The position numbers were made by a program, and so were the translations under genes. From assembly GCA_003427395.1 (NCBI GenBank), contig BFEA01000003.1, positions 4,239,778-4,303,777 of the forward strand: DNA of 64,000 nt, in the 5' to 3' direction. Each line of letters opens with the position of its first letter. Position 1 is the stretch's first letter. Below, piece after piece: positions 24,633-36,093 of the stretch. The notes beneath the pieces were generated by a model that worked only from the letters and a program-made list of their open reading frames with translations, did no database searches and was not told the DNA's origin. Origin of the DNA: Chara braunii. Its lineage: Eukaryota > Plantae > Charophyceae.

Positions 24633-24858
24633 CTGTCTTGAAAACATGGGCTGAGGAGCTCAACGTGCATGCGAGCTGGTGGGTGATTAGTCCGCGAGGC
24701 GGAAGAGACCTGGGCGGTGCGGGCCTTTTGTGGGCGTGCCGCCTGCCTGCCACAAGATTGCCGTGAGAATTTTTGAGTGTGAGTATGCGCGCTGGACCCT
24801 GCCAGGATGGTGAGTTATGCTTGGGCAGGGGCCCAGAGGCACCAAGGTGGAGGCCGCG
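24633..24858 (+). pseudogene. LSU rRNA-derived fragment (sense) in 5' LTR; same at ~33793-34015
   Basis: CTGTCTTGAAAACATGGGCTGAGGAGCTCAACGTGCATGCGAG..TTTGAGTGTGAGTATG..GGACCC..GATGGTGAGTTATGCTTGGGCAGGG..CCAGAGG..GGTGGAGGC. Confidence 0.8.
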
Positions 24859-24869
24859 GTGGAGGGTTG

Positions 24870-24975
24870 TCCACATGAAGTCCTTTCCACTTCGGTCTTC
24901 AAAGTTCTCAGTGGGATATTTGTTACTACCGCCGAGAGCCGCGACTGGCCCAGTCCGCGGAGGCCTACTCTGAGC
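24870..24975 (-). pseudogene. LSU rRNA-derived fragment (antisense) in 5' LTR; same at ~34030-34130
   Basis: CACATGAAGTCCTTTCCACTTCGGTCTTCAAAGTTCTCAGTGGGATATTTGTTACTACC is the reverse complement of a conserved LSU segment. Confidence 0.8.
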
Positions 24976-25096
24976 TCTGCAACAGGCTGCGCCACGGCCG
25001 TCTGTCTGCGTAAGGGCTGGCTATTGGAAGCCCGAGGCGGTGTGGGTTCTGCTTGAACAGAACAAGGGGGAGTGGCCGTGGCGGAGCCGGCCCATA

Positions 25097-25143
25097 CAAG
25101 CTGATCGTTGGACTTGGGCATAGGGGCGACAGGCAAATCGGCC
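25097..25143 (+). pseudogene. Further LSU rRNA-derived fragment (sense)
   Basis: GATCGTTGGACTTGGGCATAGGGGCGACAGGCAAATCG versus LSU TTCGTC.GACTTGGGTATAGGGGCGAAAGACTAATCG. Confidence 0.7.
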
Positions 25144-25445
25144 TTCCGATACTCAGCCACTTTCAGACTGCCCACGGACTGTGCTGGGCGTCGCGGGGCC
25201 AATGGCATATCGCCTGGGCAGCGGGTCAGGCCGGTATGCGTTAGGCAGCCACAGGTGGAGCGGGGGAAAGAGGGCCGGCTAGGAAAACAGCGCAGGGGGA
25301 GAGGGTGAAAGCGGAGTGAACCTGGACGCACGTCGCGCCGGGTGTGCACGGGAGAAGGGGGCGAAGGGCTGGTTAGCCCGTCCCGTAGTTGGGTCCGCCC
25401 GACGGCTGCCTGTTGCGGTGGCGAAGGGGCGCCCACCAGCTATAA

Positions 25446-25538
25446 GTTCTTCGGGACATCCGTTAAAATTGGAACGATACAGATAAGATTAGCATGGCCC
25501 CTGCGCAAGGATAACGCGCATAAATCGGGGCGGGGTCC
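25446..25538 (+). ncRNA. U6: U6 snRNA-derived copy in 5' LTR (variant or pseudogene)
   Basis: GTTCTTCGGGACATCCGTTAAAATTGGAACGATACAGATAAGATTAGCATGGCCCCTGCGCAAGGATAACGCGCATAAATCG..GGTCC is close to plant U6; no USE/TATA at canonical spacing and no oligo-T end. Confidence 0.9.
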
Positions 25539-27047
25539 GACGGNNNNNNNNNNNNNNNNNNNNNNNNNNNNNNNNNNNNNNNNNNNNNNNNNNNNNNNNN
25601 NNNNNNNNNNNNNNNNNNNNNNNNNNNNNNNNNNNNNNNNNNNNNNNNGCGCATAAATCGGGGCGGGGTCCGACGGCCAAACACTTCTCTGATCCTTGAC
25701 ACTTACGTGCCGTCGGACCGGCACTGCGCGGTATCGGGGGACAGTCAGAGTTGCCGTTGATATTTTGCCTTTCTTTCTGCTGTGCATGTCGGTCGAACCG
25801 ACGAGGGACAGCGCTACAGGAAGGCGGAGTAGGCCAGCCCCAACGGAGGAACGAGGAGTGAACCTGGATGCGGGCCGCGTCAGGTGCTTGCAAAGCGAAC
25901 GAAGCCATGGTGGAGCTCAGCAGGAGCATGGCGGAGCAGGGAGAGGAGTTTTCGCCCGATCCGTAATAGAATCGGGCAAAACAAAAGTTGAGGCAGGGGT
26001 TTCTGGCTATGGCGAGCCTGATCGTGTGGCTGGAAGGGCATGAGAATTAGCAAATCGCGAGTTAGTTGAAGGAGGGAAAACGCGAAGATGGTGGTGGGGG
26101 GATATGTGAGGCATGCGGGAGAAAGAAAGTGTTTAGTTCAATCGATTCCCAATGGAATCGGGCAGGAGAAACGGTTATTCAGTACCTTGAGGATAGGCAA
26201 AACTGACTCTGAAGTTAGTTCTAGCTAAAAGTTAGTAAGACTAATGTTAGTAGAGAAATGGGTTGCGCGAGCCATGGCGGAAGGAGGGAATGATGAGAGG
26301 GTAGAAAGCTTGATTTTGGCTGTTTCTTGATGGGAACGGGTACGGGAGGACTCTAACTAAGGGTTTTTCGGGATTGCGATCCCGATTTTGTAGTTAGTCT
26401 GGGTAGTAAGTTAGTAAAATAGAAGCTAGATGAGAAGGCTGGTGCGTGGAGGCGCCGGGAAAGGTGGATCGAGACATTACTTGAGCCTTAATAAAATCGA
26501 GGGAGGGGAGATTCGTTCCCGGGGTTTTGAGTCCGGGCGAATCGATTAGTAGTGTTAGATTTCGGAGTTAGTAAGAGGAGTGATTAATAGAGGGGTTAGG
26601 AGTTGCGCGGTATAAGGGTGATGATTAGCGGGGAAAGAGACTTCAAGATGGCGATGTATTTTTCCACGATCAAGTGCAGATTCATTCGATTTTGCTAAGT
26701 TTATGCCACGGGAATAGCATGAAGACAACGTGAGGCTAATTGTGCAGCTGGAAACTCGTCGTGTGATCGGCGTCGAAGAAGGAGCCAGACAAGCCGTGCG
26801 CAGACGGGGTTGCTACGAACTAAGTCATTGCATGAGTGCGAGAGGGGAGTGGGCAATGGGCAGAAAAGAGATACGCACCTATCCTGTCGTAGGGGCACGC
26901 GAGAGGTATGGCTGGCGCACTCGGCCGGAGCGGCCTATTGGAAGCTTCATTGTATCATTCTGTGACGAGGTGGTCCAACTCCCGCGTGACGCGGCCGGGA
27001 GGGTCTCGCGCTGCCCCGTGCGGTGTCGGACCGATGCGCTCGACAGG

Positions 27048-27060
27048 TGGCGCCGTTGCC
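27048..27060 (+). promoter_or_regulatory. Primer-binding site complementary to the 3' end of tRNA-Asp
   Basis: TGGCGCCGTTGCC lies 2 nt after the LTR end; it is the PBS type known from Athila-like Ty3 elements. Confidence 0.9.
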
Positions 27061-28373
27061 TCGGATAACGGTTGCCTACCGTTGTCCCTAGTGGAACGAC
27101 ATCCGGGTATTGGAAGCGAGAAAATAGACAAATGAGAAGTTTTCGTTAGGACTATATGAGCGACGAGCTGATATCTCGACTACTGATTGGAAGGGTCGTA
27201 GAATTGAGAGATCCTTAAAAATCGGGTCTAGATTTGAGGCAGGTTAATGATTTAGGCGAGGTGACCACTTCTGCCTTACGGATTGGTTTGGGCAGAATGG
27301 TTGATAGCAGTCAGTGCTGGATAAAAAGCGTGAAGTGAGGGTTGGTTAGATGATGTGGTTTTGATTGATGTGACCTGATTTGGATTAATATGGTATGAAT
27401 GACTCGAGGGTGATAAGTGTTTTGATTTTGCGTTCACCGACTTTGACTAGCATGATGGTATTTGAGATAGGTAACCCGTCTGATTTGATAGTTAGCAGGC
27501 CTGGGCAATGCTTTGCGTGTTTGGCGTGGCTAAGGTTAAGTATGGCTATTGTGAGAGTTAACCCTATGATGTACCATTTTTGACTACCATAAAAGTCGTC
27601 TGAGTAATTGGGGAAGCATCGTAATACGGTTGCATCAGAATGGGGCTAAGGATGAGTGAAATAATATTCCTCTGTTAAGAGTTGAAGGTATAGACCCTCT
27701 CTTAGGTGTTAGGTTAGAAATCTTCTGTGCGCTTTGAGGAGAAGTCGGTTAAGGAAAGTTGAAGGATATTACTGGCATGGACTTAGATGTTTGAGTCTGG
27801 ATTCTAAGCGGTTGCTTTGCTACGAGACGTAGTGAGTCTGGGTAATACCCTCTTTACATGAAGGACATCTAATCCTAGAGGGAGTTGGAGTAGCAGTGGA
27901 AGAGCTAACACTTAGACTATTTCGCTCACCTTTAATGGAGCGGTGGGTAGTAATTGATGTTGACCTTCGCCTGAACCGTTCCAGGTTGGACCATCCACTT
28001 AGGAAGATAAAGGTTTGAGGTCTTTTGTTTTGAGGATGTTACTTTGAGTTATATATTGGACTCATCTATGGATGTCAGACCTTGTAAACCTAGTTTACGC
28101 CTAATTATGTGAAGTTGTATGTTTAAGTAGACATCCGTTTCAGGAGTATTTCGTGTGGGTTATTTTATCAGGATTATACTTGGGGTTTTATTAGTTTGTA
28201 GAAATTTATATGAATGTGTCTAGTCTAGCCCTTGGCTCATGGTTGGTCATTAAGCCTGTACTTTTGGATCGCTCTTCCAAGAGGGGTAGGGATTGTCAGT
28301 TTAATAACGGAAGGCGCATGCTGGACGTTTGTCTGTGATGGGCAGAACCCAGACAAAGCAAAGGTAACTCAGG

Positions 28374-29048
28374 ATGCCTTATGCACGGGAAGACCCGTGG
28401 ATGCTCGGGCCAATTGAGAAAGAGGGAGGGCTCGAGGTGTCTTTGCCCAGGCGGGTCAGAGCAGGAGACTACCTCTCTTCATGGTGGGGCATGTCGATGG
28501 GCACAAACATCTTTGTCTGGATCGAGTCGGGGTTTGATGATGAGTGGGAGTGTGCGATTGTAAGGGTGACGATGTACGCCTCGCCCTCATTTTGGGTCGA
28601 GCATGGGATAGAGTTGACGCTTGGGCATGGAAACCTGCTTGCTAGGCCTCTGAGGGTAGCAGAGGCAGCTACAACAAAGTGGGCGAGGGAAGTGTCCCGT
28701 GACGGGGAAGAGCAAGTGCTAACCCGTGTAGAGGTTAAGTGCGCTGGAGAGTTCGGGCTTCCATCGGCTCCGCTACGAGTAATCCTGCCTGGGTTTCTCA
28801 TAGAGAAGAGTTTTGGTGGACAGGCGAGGGTAGAGGCGGCAGCTGAAGCGGCTTTGAGGGCGCTAAGATGGAAATATGAGCGCTACACGTGCGAATTGAT
28901 ATATGGGTTGTATTTAGACTTGAAGTGTTCACTCCCTAGTCAGTGGCTTAGGAACATGGCCAGCACAGTGGACGTATATACCAGTACTCATGACCCAGAT
29001 GAAGGGGGTGGAGACTGGGAGGAGATTCGGGCAGCAGTGGACCGATAG
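28374..29048 (+). CDS. 224-aa extra ORF upstream of gag; paralog P1 of unrecognised TE-borne family
   Basis: Uninterrupted ATG-TAG ORF; LEVSLP..SSWWGMSMGTNIFVW and LRVILPGFLIEKSFGG match P2-P4. Confidence 0.65.
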   Translation: MPYAREDPWMLGPIEKEGGLEVSLPRRVRAGDYLSSWWGMSMGTNIFVWIESGFDDEWECAIVRVTMYASPSFWVEHGIELTLGHGNLLARPLRVAEAATTKWAREVSRDGEEQVLTRVEVKCAGEFGLPSAPLRVILPGFLIEKSFGGQARVEAAAEAALRALRWKYERYTCELIYGLYLDLKCSLPSQWLRNMASTVDVYTSTHDPDEGGGDWEEIRAAVDR

Positions 29049-29290
29049 GGGATGTCTTCTTTCTCCACTAAATGCGCTTCTTTTGACTTGGTTGTGGTCG
29101 TCTCTCTACCCATTACCGCAGTTATAAAGGTGAGCGTCTGGGTAACTAGGGGTTGAGGCTTGATTGCACAAGTAAAAGGGTAGATATTGTGATTTAAGTG
29201 TTAGCAGGTTGTCTTTGTCTGCCTGAGTTTACTTGAATCACTTTTTGATGATCTATTGCCCGCTATGCGTATCAGGTTGTTGCCAGCATC

Positions 29291-30720
29291 ATGGCGGAAG
29301 AAAGCGGCTTCGCCAAAATCCTGCTTTGGAGGAATTTTCGTGCCTCATGAAGGTGCTGCTGCACGAAGTGTTGCAGGAGTCAATGCTCCCAGATCTGTGC
29401 GCCCTGCTGTTCCAAGGAAGGAACCTGTCTAGCTTTTTGCGCGACTTTTAGGATTTTAGCCTTATGAAGACGTGGGACAAGAAGGCGATGTGGCACATGT
29501 TCCTCTTGTTCGTTTGTGAAGGACTAAGTGAGGAGGTATATGCCCTCAAGCAGAAGGCGAAGACGTGGGATGAGTTGGAGAGTTCCTTAAGGCTAAGATT
29601 CTCGGAAGATGGAATAGAAGGCCAACGTGGGGAATGCTCTGTGCCACCAGTTGCGGGTGCACCACCACAGGCAGAGTTAAGTGGGTTACAAAGATAAGTA
29701 GGGGCATTGGAGGAGAGGTTGGTACGGCTGGAAGAGGCCAGGAAATGCAAGCAGAAGGTTTCAGAAGATTCCCCAAGTAAGCCGACTGGTCAGGGTGAAA
29801 GAGGAGTAGAGAAGGATGACCAAGAGTAACCCCTCTAGATAGAGGCCCCAAAGAGGCGTGTCGGTGTTCAGGCGAGAGACAAAGACGAAGGATCTATTGA
29901 AATAAAGGAGGAGAAGGATGCTAATGTGGCCCTGCCTGTTATTGCGCCAGATCCAAAGAGGGGGCTCATTAACGTGGAAGCATCCTCAGCTGCGGGTCGG
30001 AAGAGGCAAAAGAGTGGGTGGTGGCCAAAGCATTGGGTAAATGTGGTATGTGATTGTTGGGGAAAGACTGACCGCACCCCCCAAGGAAGTAAAGAGAAGG
30101 GTGTGGCGGGAGAAAAAGGGAAGCTTGAACCTCCCAAGTTGACAAAGGCGCAGCGGAAGGCAAGGAACCTCGCTCAAGGCGGTCAGGGCACCGAAAAAGG
30201 GCAGAGTTCGCGGCAGGGAGCGATTACCCCGTGAGAGTTGGAAAGCGAGGTGAGACCAAGCGAGCCTCCTCTGATCGAGCAGGCACTACTTGGGTTGTGG
30301 GCGCCGGATAACCGAATGAACTTGTGGCCGACACAGAATCCTTATATGCTCTGGGCGCAAAGTGATTACATGGGCCCTTGGTTCAACATGGTGCCCCATG
30401 GACCCCCGCCAGTCCAAATCCACCCTGTCGGACCGTTGTGGCCACCGATACAAAAAGTTTTGCAGGACAGTATGACATGGGGAAGGGGCCAAAGGCAAGC
30501 AGTTGGAAGGGGCCGCGGAGATGGGGCGTGGCAATGCGGGTCGCAGAAATGGCGGGCGTGGCAATACGGGCCGTGGAGATGGTGGACGCGCCAATGGAGG
30601 TCGTGGGAGTGACAAGCAAGGCGCCGAGGGTCGCGATGGGAGCCAGCGGAACCATAAAGGGGCTCAAAGAAGAAAGGGACATGACGGTGCTAAATAAGAT
30701 GATCCTTAGAGTGAGCTAGG
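29291..30720 (+). pseudogene. gag: Degenerate gag-like ORF
   Basis: FQGRNLSSFLRDF*..KTWDELESSLRLRF resembles the retrotransposon gag capsid pattern (FxG..FL..; TW.EL...L..RF); GR-rich C-terminus; several stops and frameshifts. Confidence 0.55.
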
Positions 30721-31779
30721 TGATCCGGGGTGCGGAGAGGGTAGATGAGACGGCTAGGGCAGGGGAAAGTATAGCAGGGTGTAATGGGGATTCACCCTAA
30801 CGCCTGGGTTGGGAAGTTTCTCTCAGTCGTCTGCCCTGGACTCTTGGATTCGTGTTGGCAAAGTCTAGGTGTACATGTATTGATCTGGAAACTGGGGTAG
30901 CAGGCTAACCGTTGCGTGACCCTAACCCCGTACTAATTGGTAAAGGCTAGTTGCGTATTATGTGAGTCACGACGGACATATACTCTGATGTGTATATGTG
31001 TATAGGCTAGCTCCGGGGAGGGGTTTCGCAATAATGGTCCGGTAAAGTAACTTAGGTTGTAGATAGCTCAGCCATATAGGTGAAACCAGGGGGGCAATGA
31101 GTGAGTGGAGACTGGTTCGCCTATACATTAGTAGGATTAAAGCTTCTTGTATATAGAGACGGAGTTAGATACGTGCATATCTAGGTGTAGTCACAACTAT
31201 CTTATCCATCTGTACATAAGCAGGATGTAGTACTGGATGAATCTATTGTTCCCTCCTTTGGTGTGATTTAGATGGTTGTGTCCAGATGTGTGATATGTTG
31301 GCGTGTTGGGGTAGACTTGCGAGTTTTGAGCTTTTGTGTATGTTTGGGTATATTCCGAGGTACTCGTGTCTTCAAGACATGGGTTACTCAGCAGAGTGGG
31401 ACGTGAGGGTTGGGTACCTATGTTGTTTTTGAGAGAGACATATTAATTTGGTGTACATGTTGAGTTGAGACCCTATGAGGTTTGGTTTTTGTGACGATCA
31501 CTATCACTCTCACTTGTGTGGTTTTACCCTGATGAATGTTGGCTTTGCGTGAAAAATATATGAATGTGTGACCTGTTAAGCTGCCTGCTCCTCAGTATAC
31601 TCGTGCGACCTGCTCACGGGCAGCTGATGGGGCAGAGTATAAGGGGAGAAAGTGCAGTCCGTTTGTGAAACGTTGTGAGAAATTTTGAAAGATTTACGAG
31701 TCTTTGAGACTCGGGTGCTTCACCATGCCGGTTGTTGATTGCTTAAGTTGTAACGAGGACCTATAAGATGGTCTCTCAG

Positions 31780-31918
31780 TGATGTTTTGTTCTATAAAGA
31801 GACCCCCTTGATTTTTTTAGAAGGGGGTATTGTGTGTTATGATGAGACCCTTCAGATTTTTGGAGGAGGGGATGTTTTGTTCTATGATGAGACCCCCTTG
31901 GATTTTTGAAAAAGCGGA
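31780..31918. repeat. ~45-50-bp tandem repeat, 3 copies, in the 3' internal region
   Basis: GATGTTTTGTTCTAT.A.GAGACCCC.T..ATTTTT..A.G is repeated three times. Confidence 0.7.
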
Positions 31919-33022
31919 TGGTTCTATTATTGGAGGACTCACCTTCAAAGGTGAGTAAACTGATTTATGGCATGGTAAGTTGTCTGATGAGTGATAAAGC
32001 CTGACGAAAAGGGTCATATTTGTTTGGAATGCTTGAGAAGGTCGCAATGAGTGCAGGGCGAGAGATGTCTCAGGATGGGTGGCTGCTGGCTCTGATCAGG
32101 TCAGGGGCCACGACCTTGTGGACCTAGTGGTGATTTTGTTTGTGAGCATGCAAAGGATGTCATGCCTTTATGGGAGAGTTGGTGAATGCCTTCAGACCCC
32201 TACGTAATCGCGCAGTGGGCCCGTGATTTTGTTTTGCGACGCTCCGTCTAACCACTTGTGCTAGTTCTGGGACATATTGAGGAATACCAAGCTAAACGGT
32301 AAAGGTTAGTACCTCCAGGGTGTAACCCCAGGGGATGGCTGCGAGCCGGCGCAACCTGGCTGCGAGACCGCAGGGTAAGAGTTTAAGGGGAGTTGCCCGC
32401 CCCAGGGAAATTACTCCGTGGGATAGTGAAGATTGAGGTTTTGGGGAATCTGGATTGAATGCTTATCAGGAGATAACATATCGTTGCGTAACCAACGAGG
32501 GTACTGCCGCTAAAATAACAATGCGGTGGGCCGTAGTCCTTGTCCGATCAGCCAGACTATGGTGGGCCAAGATAGAGACCTAGCCTTTCTGTACTAGACT
32601 ACAAAAAGAGCTGAGTGAATATTAAGTATACATATATACGTATGTGTATTTGATTGCGAGAATTTTTTTGAGAAGGAAGACCAGAGTGCATTCGAAGGTC
32701 TCGGTAAGGGCCCGCGTCGCTAGTTTTTGCCAGGACTAGGGGCACCCAACGAGAAGCCGAAGGTTGTCTAGGAGCGGGGGAAAAGGACGATTGGGAAGGT
32801 CTTTGGAACTTATGCTGTCAGCATCCTAATGCCCGGGCGGAAAGGACCTGGGTTACAAGCCTGACATTATATAGTTGCAGAGACATGGTTTGATGGAGGC
32901 CTCCACCCTGAGTCTGTCGGCTACTCGGATTGGTCCCTCCTTTCGTCAGCATCTTGGGTAATCCGATAGCTTTTCGATTTTTGCGAAGCGACGGGGACAT
33001 CGCTTAATATGGTCCGGTAAGT

Positions 33023-36000
33023 TGTCGACGCGAGTACCCTTACAAGGGTATCCGCCCTTGTTTTTGCAAATGACACGAAGTCAGTCTGGATTAAAAGTTT
33101 GAGTATACCGCGCGAGCCGCGACAGTCTCTGTTGTTTATGCGGCTGATGGTTGACTAGAATAAAGAGTGTATGGGCGCGCGGATTTGAGGCGCGCGTGAT
33201 CCTTTTAGCTGTCGATGATTGAGGAACCCGCGCAACCGCCGGCCGAAATTTTTTCTGATTGAATAGGGATTAAAAAGATTATGTCTCGTTGACTGATGTG
33301 CTTGTCTGTGACCTGTGCGTACGTGTGGAGGACGGCATCGACGACAATATGACTTCTGAAGGTGTTTCGGTAGTCTGGCGCGTCGCACAGTGTCTGTTCC
33401 TTTGGGCGTCCGCCAACGCTAGACCCAGACTTGGGCCTAGCGCTATTTAGTTACGGTGTCGGACTTTCGTAAGAGAGATTCAAGGATCGAGGAGAAGCGG
33501 CGATGGCGCGGGAACATCGGGGTGGCGCAAAGGGCTCGACGGGGCCATCCCCCTTGGTTTTGCCATCAGCGGCATCAGGACGAAGCCGACAGTCGTTTCT
33601 TCGAGTTTGTTTTTTTATTATTAATGGTTCTTGTCATCATTTGACTTTATGGTTTGACCTCTCATAAGTTAGGCACGACACCGACCGCGGTTGGCCGTCG
33701 CGGCAGTCGGCGACTTTGAGCGCGCTTTTCTTTTTGATTGACCTGCAGGTTCTTATGTGTTTGAGAAGCTGGCGATTTCTTCCCTACCTTACTGTCTTGA
33801 AAACATGGGCCGGGGAGCTCAACGTGCATGCGAGTTGGTGGGTGATTAGTCCGCGAGGTGAAAGAGACCTGGGCGGTGCGGGCCTTTTGTGGGCGTGCCA
33901 CCCGCCTGCCGCAAGCCTGCCATGAGAATTTTCGAGTGTGAGTATGCCTGCTGGACCCTGCCGGGATGGTGAGTTATGCTTAGGCAGGGGCCCCAGAGGC
34001 ACCAGGGTGGAGGCCGTGGTGGAGGGTTGTCCACTGGAAGTCCTTTCCACTTCGGTCTTCGAAGTTCTCAGTGGGATATTTGTTACTACCGCCGAGAGCC
34101 GCGACGGGCCCAGTCCGCAGAGGCCTACCCGAGCTTTGCAGCAGGCTGCGCCGCGACCGACTGTCTGCGTAAGGGCTGGCTATTGGAAGCCCGAGGCGGT
34201 AGTGGGTTCTGCTTGAACAGAACGAGGGGGAGTGGCCGTGGCGGAGCTGGCCCATACAAGCCGATCGCTGGACTTGGGCATAGAGGCGACAGACAAATCG
34301 GCCTTCCGATACTCAGCCACTTTCAGACTATCGCCCACGGACTGTGCTGGGCGTTGCGGGGCCAATGGCATATCGCCTGGGCAGCGGGTCCAAACGTTAC
34401 ACGTTAGGCAGCCATAGGCGGAGCGGGGGAAAGAGGGCCGGCTAGGAAAACAGCACAGGGGGAGAAGGTGAAAGCAGAGTGAACCCGGACGCAGGTCGCG
34501 CCGGGTGTGCATGGGAGAAGGGGGCGAAGGGCTGGTTGGCCCGTCCCGTAGTTGGGTCCGCCCGACTGCTGCCTGTTGCGGTGGCCAAGAGGCGCCCACC
34601 GGCTTTAAGTCCTTCGGGACATCCGTTAAAATTGGAACGATACAGATAAGATTAGCATGGCCCCTGCGCAAGGATAACGCGCATAAATCGGGGCGGGGTC
34701 CGACGGCCAAACACTTCTCTGATCCTTGACACTTACGTGCCGTCGGACCGGCACTGCGCGGTATCGGGGGACAATCAGAGTTGTCGTTGATATTTTGCCT
34801 TTCTTTCTGCTGTGCGTGTCGGTCGAACCGACGAGGGACAACGCTACGAGAAGGCGGAGTAGGCCTGCCCCAACGGAGGAACGAGGAGTGAACCTGGACG
34901 CGGGCCGTGCCAGGTGCTTGCAAAGTGAACGAAGCCATGGCGGAGCTCAGAAGGAGCATGGCGGAGCAGGGAGAGGAGTTCTCGCCCGATCCGTGATGGA
35001 ATCGGGCGAAACAAAAGTCGAGGCTGGGGTTTCTGGCTATGGCGAGCCTGATCGTGTGGCTGGAAGGGCATGGGAATTAGCAAATCGCGAGTTAGTTGAA
35101 GGAGGGAAAACGCGAAGATGGTGGTGGGGGATATGCGAGGAATGCGAAAGAAAGAGAGTGTTTAGTTCAATCGATTCCCAACGGAATCGGGCGGGAGAAA
35201 TGGTTATTCAGTACCTTGAGGATGGGCGAAACTAACTCTGAAGTTAGTTCTAACTAAAAGTTAGTAAGACTAGTGTAAGTAGAGAAATGGGCTGCGCGAG
35301 CCATGGCGGAAGGAGGGAATGATGAGAGGGTAGAAAGCTTGATCTTGGCTGTTTCTTGATGGGAACGGGTACAGGAGGACTCTAACTAAGGGTTTTTCGA
35401 GATTGCGATCCCGATTTTGTAGTTAGTCCGGGTAGTAAGTTAGTAAAATAGAAGCTAGATGAGAAGGCTGGTGCGTGGAGACGCCGGGAAAGGTGGATAT
35501 GGCGGGAGTAAAAGATCGAGACATTACTTGAGTCTTAATGAAATCGAGGGAGGGGAGATTCGTTCCCGGGGTTTTGAGTCCGGGCGAATCGATTAGTAGT
35601 GTTAGATTTCGGAGTAAGTAAGAGGAGTGATTAATAGAGGGGTTAAGAGCTGCGCGGTATGAAGGTGATGATTAGTAGGGAGAGGGACTCCAAGATGGCG
35701 ACGTATTCTTCCATGATCAAGTGCAGATTCATTCGATTTTGCTAAGTTTATACCACGGGAATAGCATGAAGACAACGTGAGGCTAATCGTGCAGCTGGAA
35801 ACTCGTCGTGTGATCGGCGTCGGAGAAGGAGCCGGACAAGCCGTGTGCAGACGGGGTTGCTACGAACTAAGTTATTGCATGAGTGCGAGAGAGGAGTGGG
35901 CAACGGGCAGAAAAGAGATACGCACATATCCTGTCGTAGGGGCACGCGAGAGGTATGGCTGGCGCACTCGGTCAGAGCGGCCTATTGGAAGCTCCATTGT

Positions 36001-36093
36001 ATCATTTCCATGACGAGGTGGTCCAACTCCTGCGTGACGCGGCCGGGAGGGTCCCGCGATGCCCCGTGCGGTGCCGGACCAATGCGCTCAACA
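33023..36093 (+). repeat. 3' LTR
   Basis: TGTCGA...TCAACA; direct repeat of 23883-27045. Confidence 0.92.
34609..34701 (+). ncRNA. U6: U6 snRNA-derived copy in 3' LTR (variant or pseudogene)
   Basis: GTCCTTCGGGAC 5' hairpin, ACAGATA in place of ACAGAGA, AGC triad and ISL GGCCCCTGCGCAAGGAT. Confidence 0.9.

Larger units (their letters stand above)
23883..27045 (+). repeat. 5' LTR
   Basis: TGTCGA...TCGACA terminal inverted repeat; collinear with 33023-36093 (10 differences in the first 118 nt by eye). Confidence 0.92.
23883..36093 (+). mobile_element. Full-length non-autonomous (gag-only) Ty3/gypsy-like LTR retroelement
   Basis: Two ~3.1-kb direct repeats, TG..CA ends, PBS, 4-bp TSD CCGT/CCAT, gag-like remnant; no RT, RNase H or integrase motifs seen. 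Confidence 0.9.

Noticed and set aside
24633-25143. Functional rRNA gene or rDNA unit
   Set aside because: Short, diverged, rearranged and mixed-orientation fragments inside LTRs
25516-25677. Tandem duplication of the U6 3' end
   Set aside because: The repeats flank an N gap and the 3' LTR has a single copy: contig-overlap artefact
31984-32015. Hammerhead ribozyme core CTGATGA..GAAA
   Set aside because: Stem II has only 2 bp and stems I and III cannot be formed
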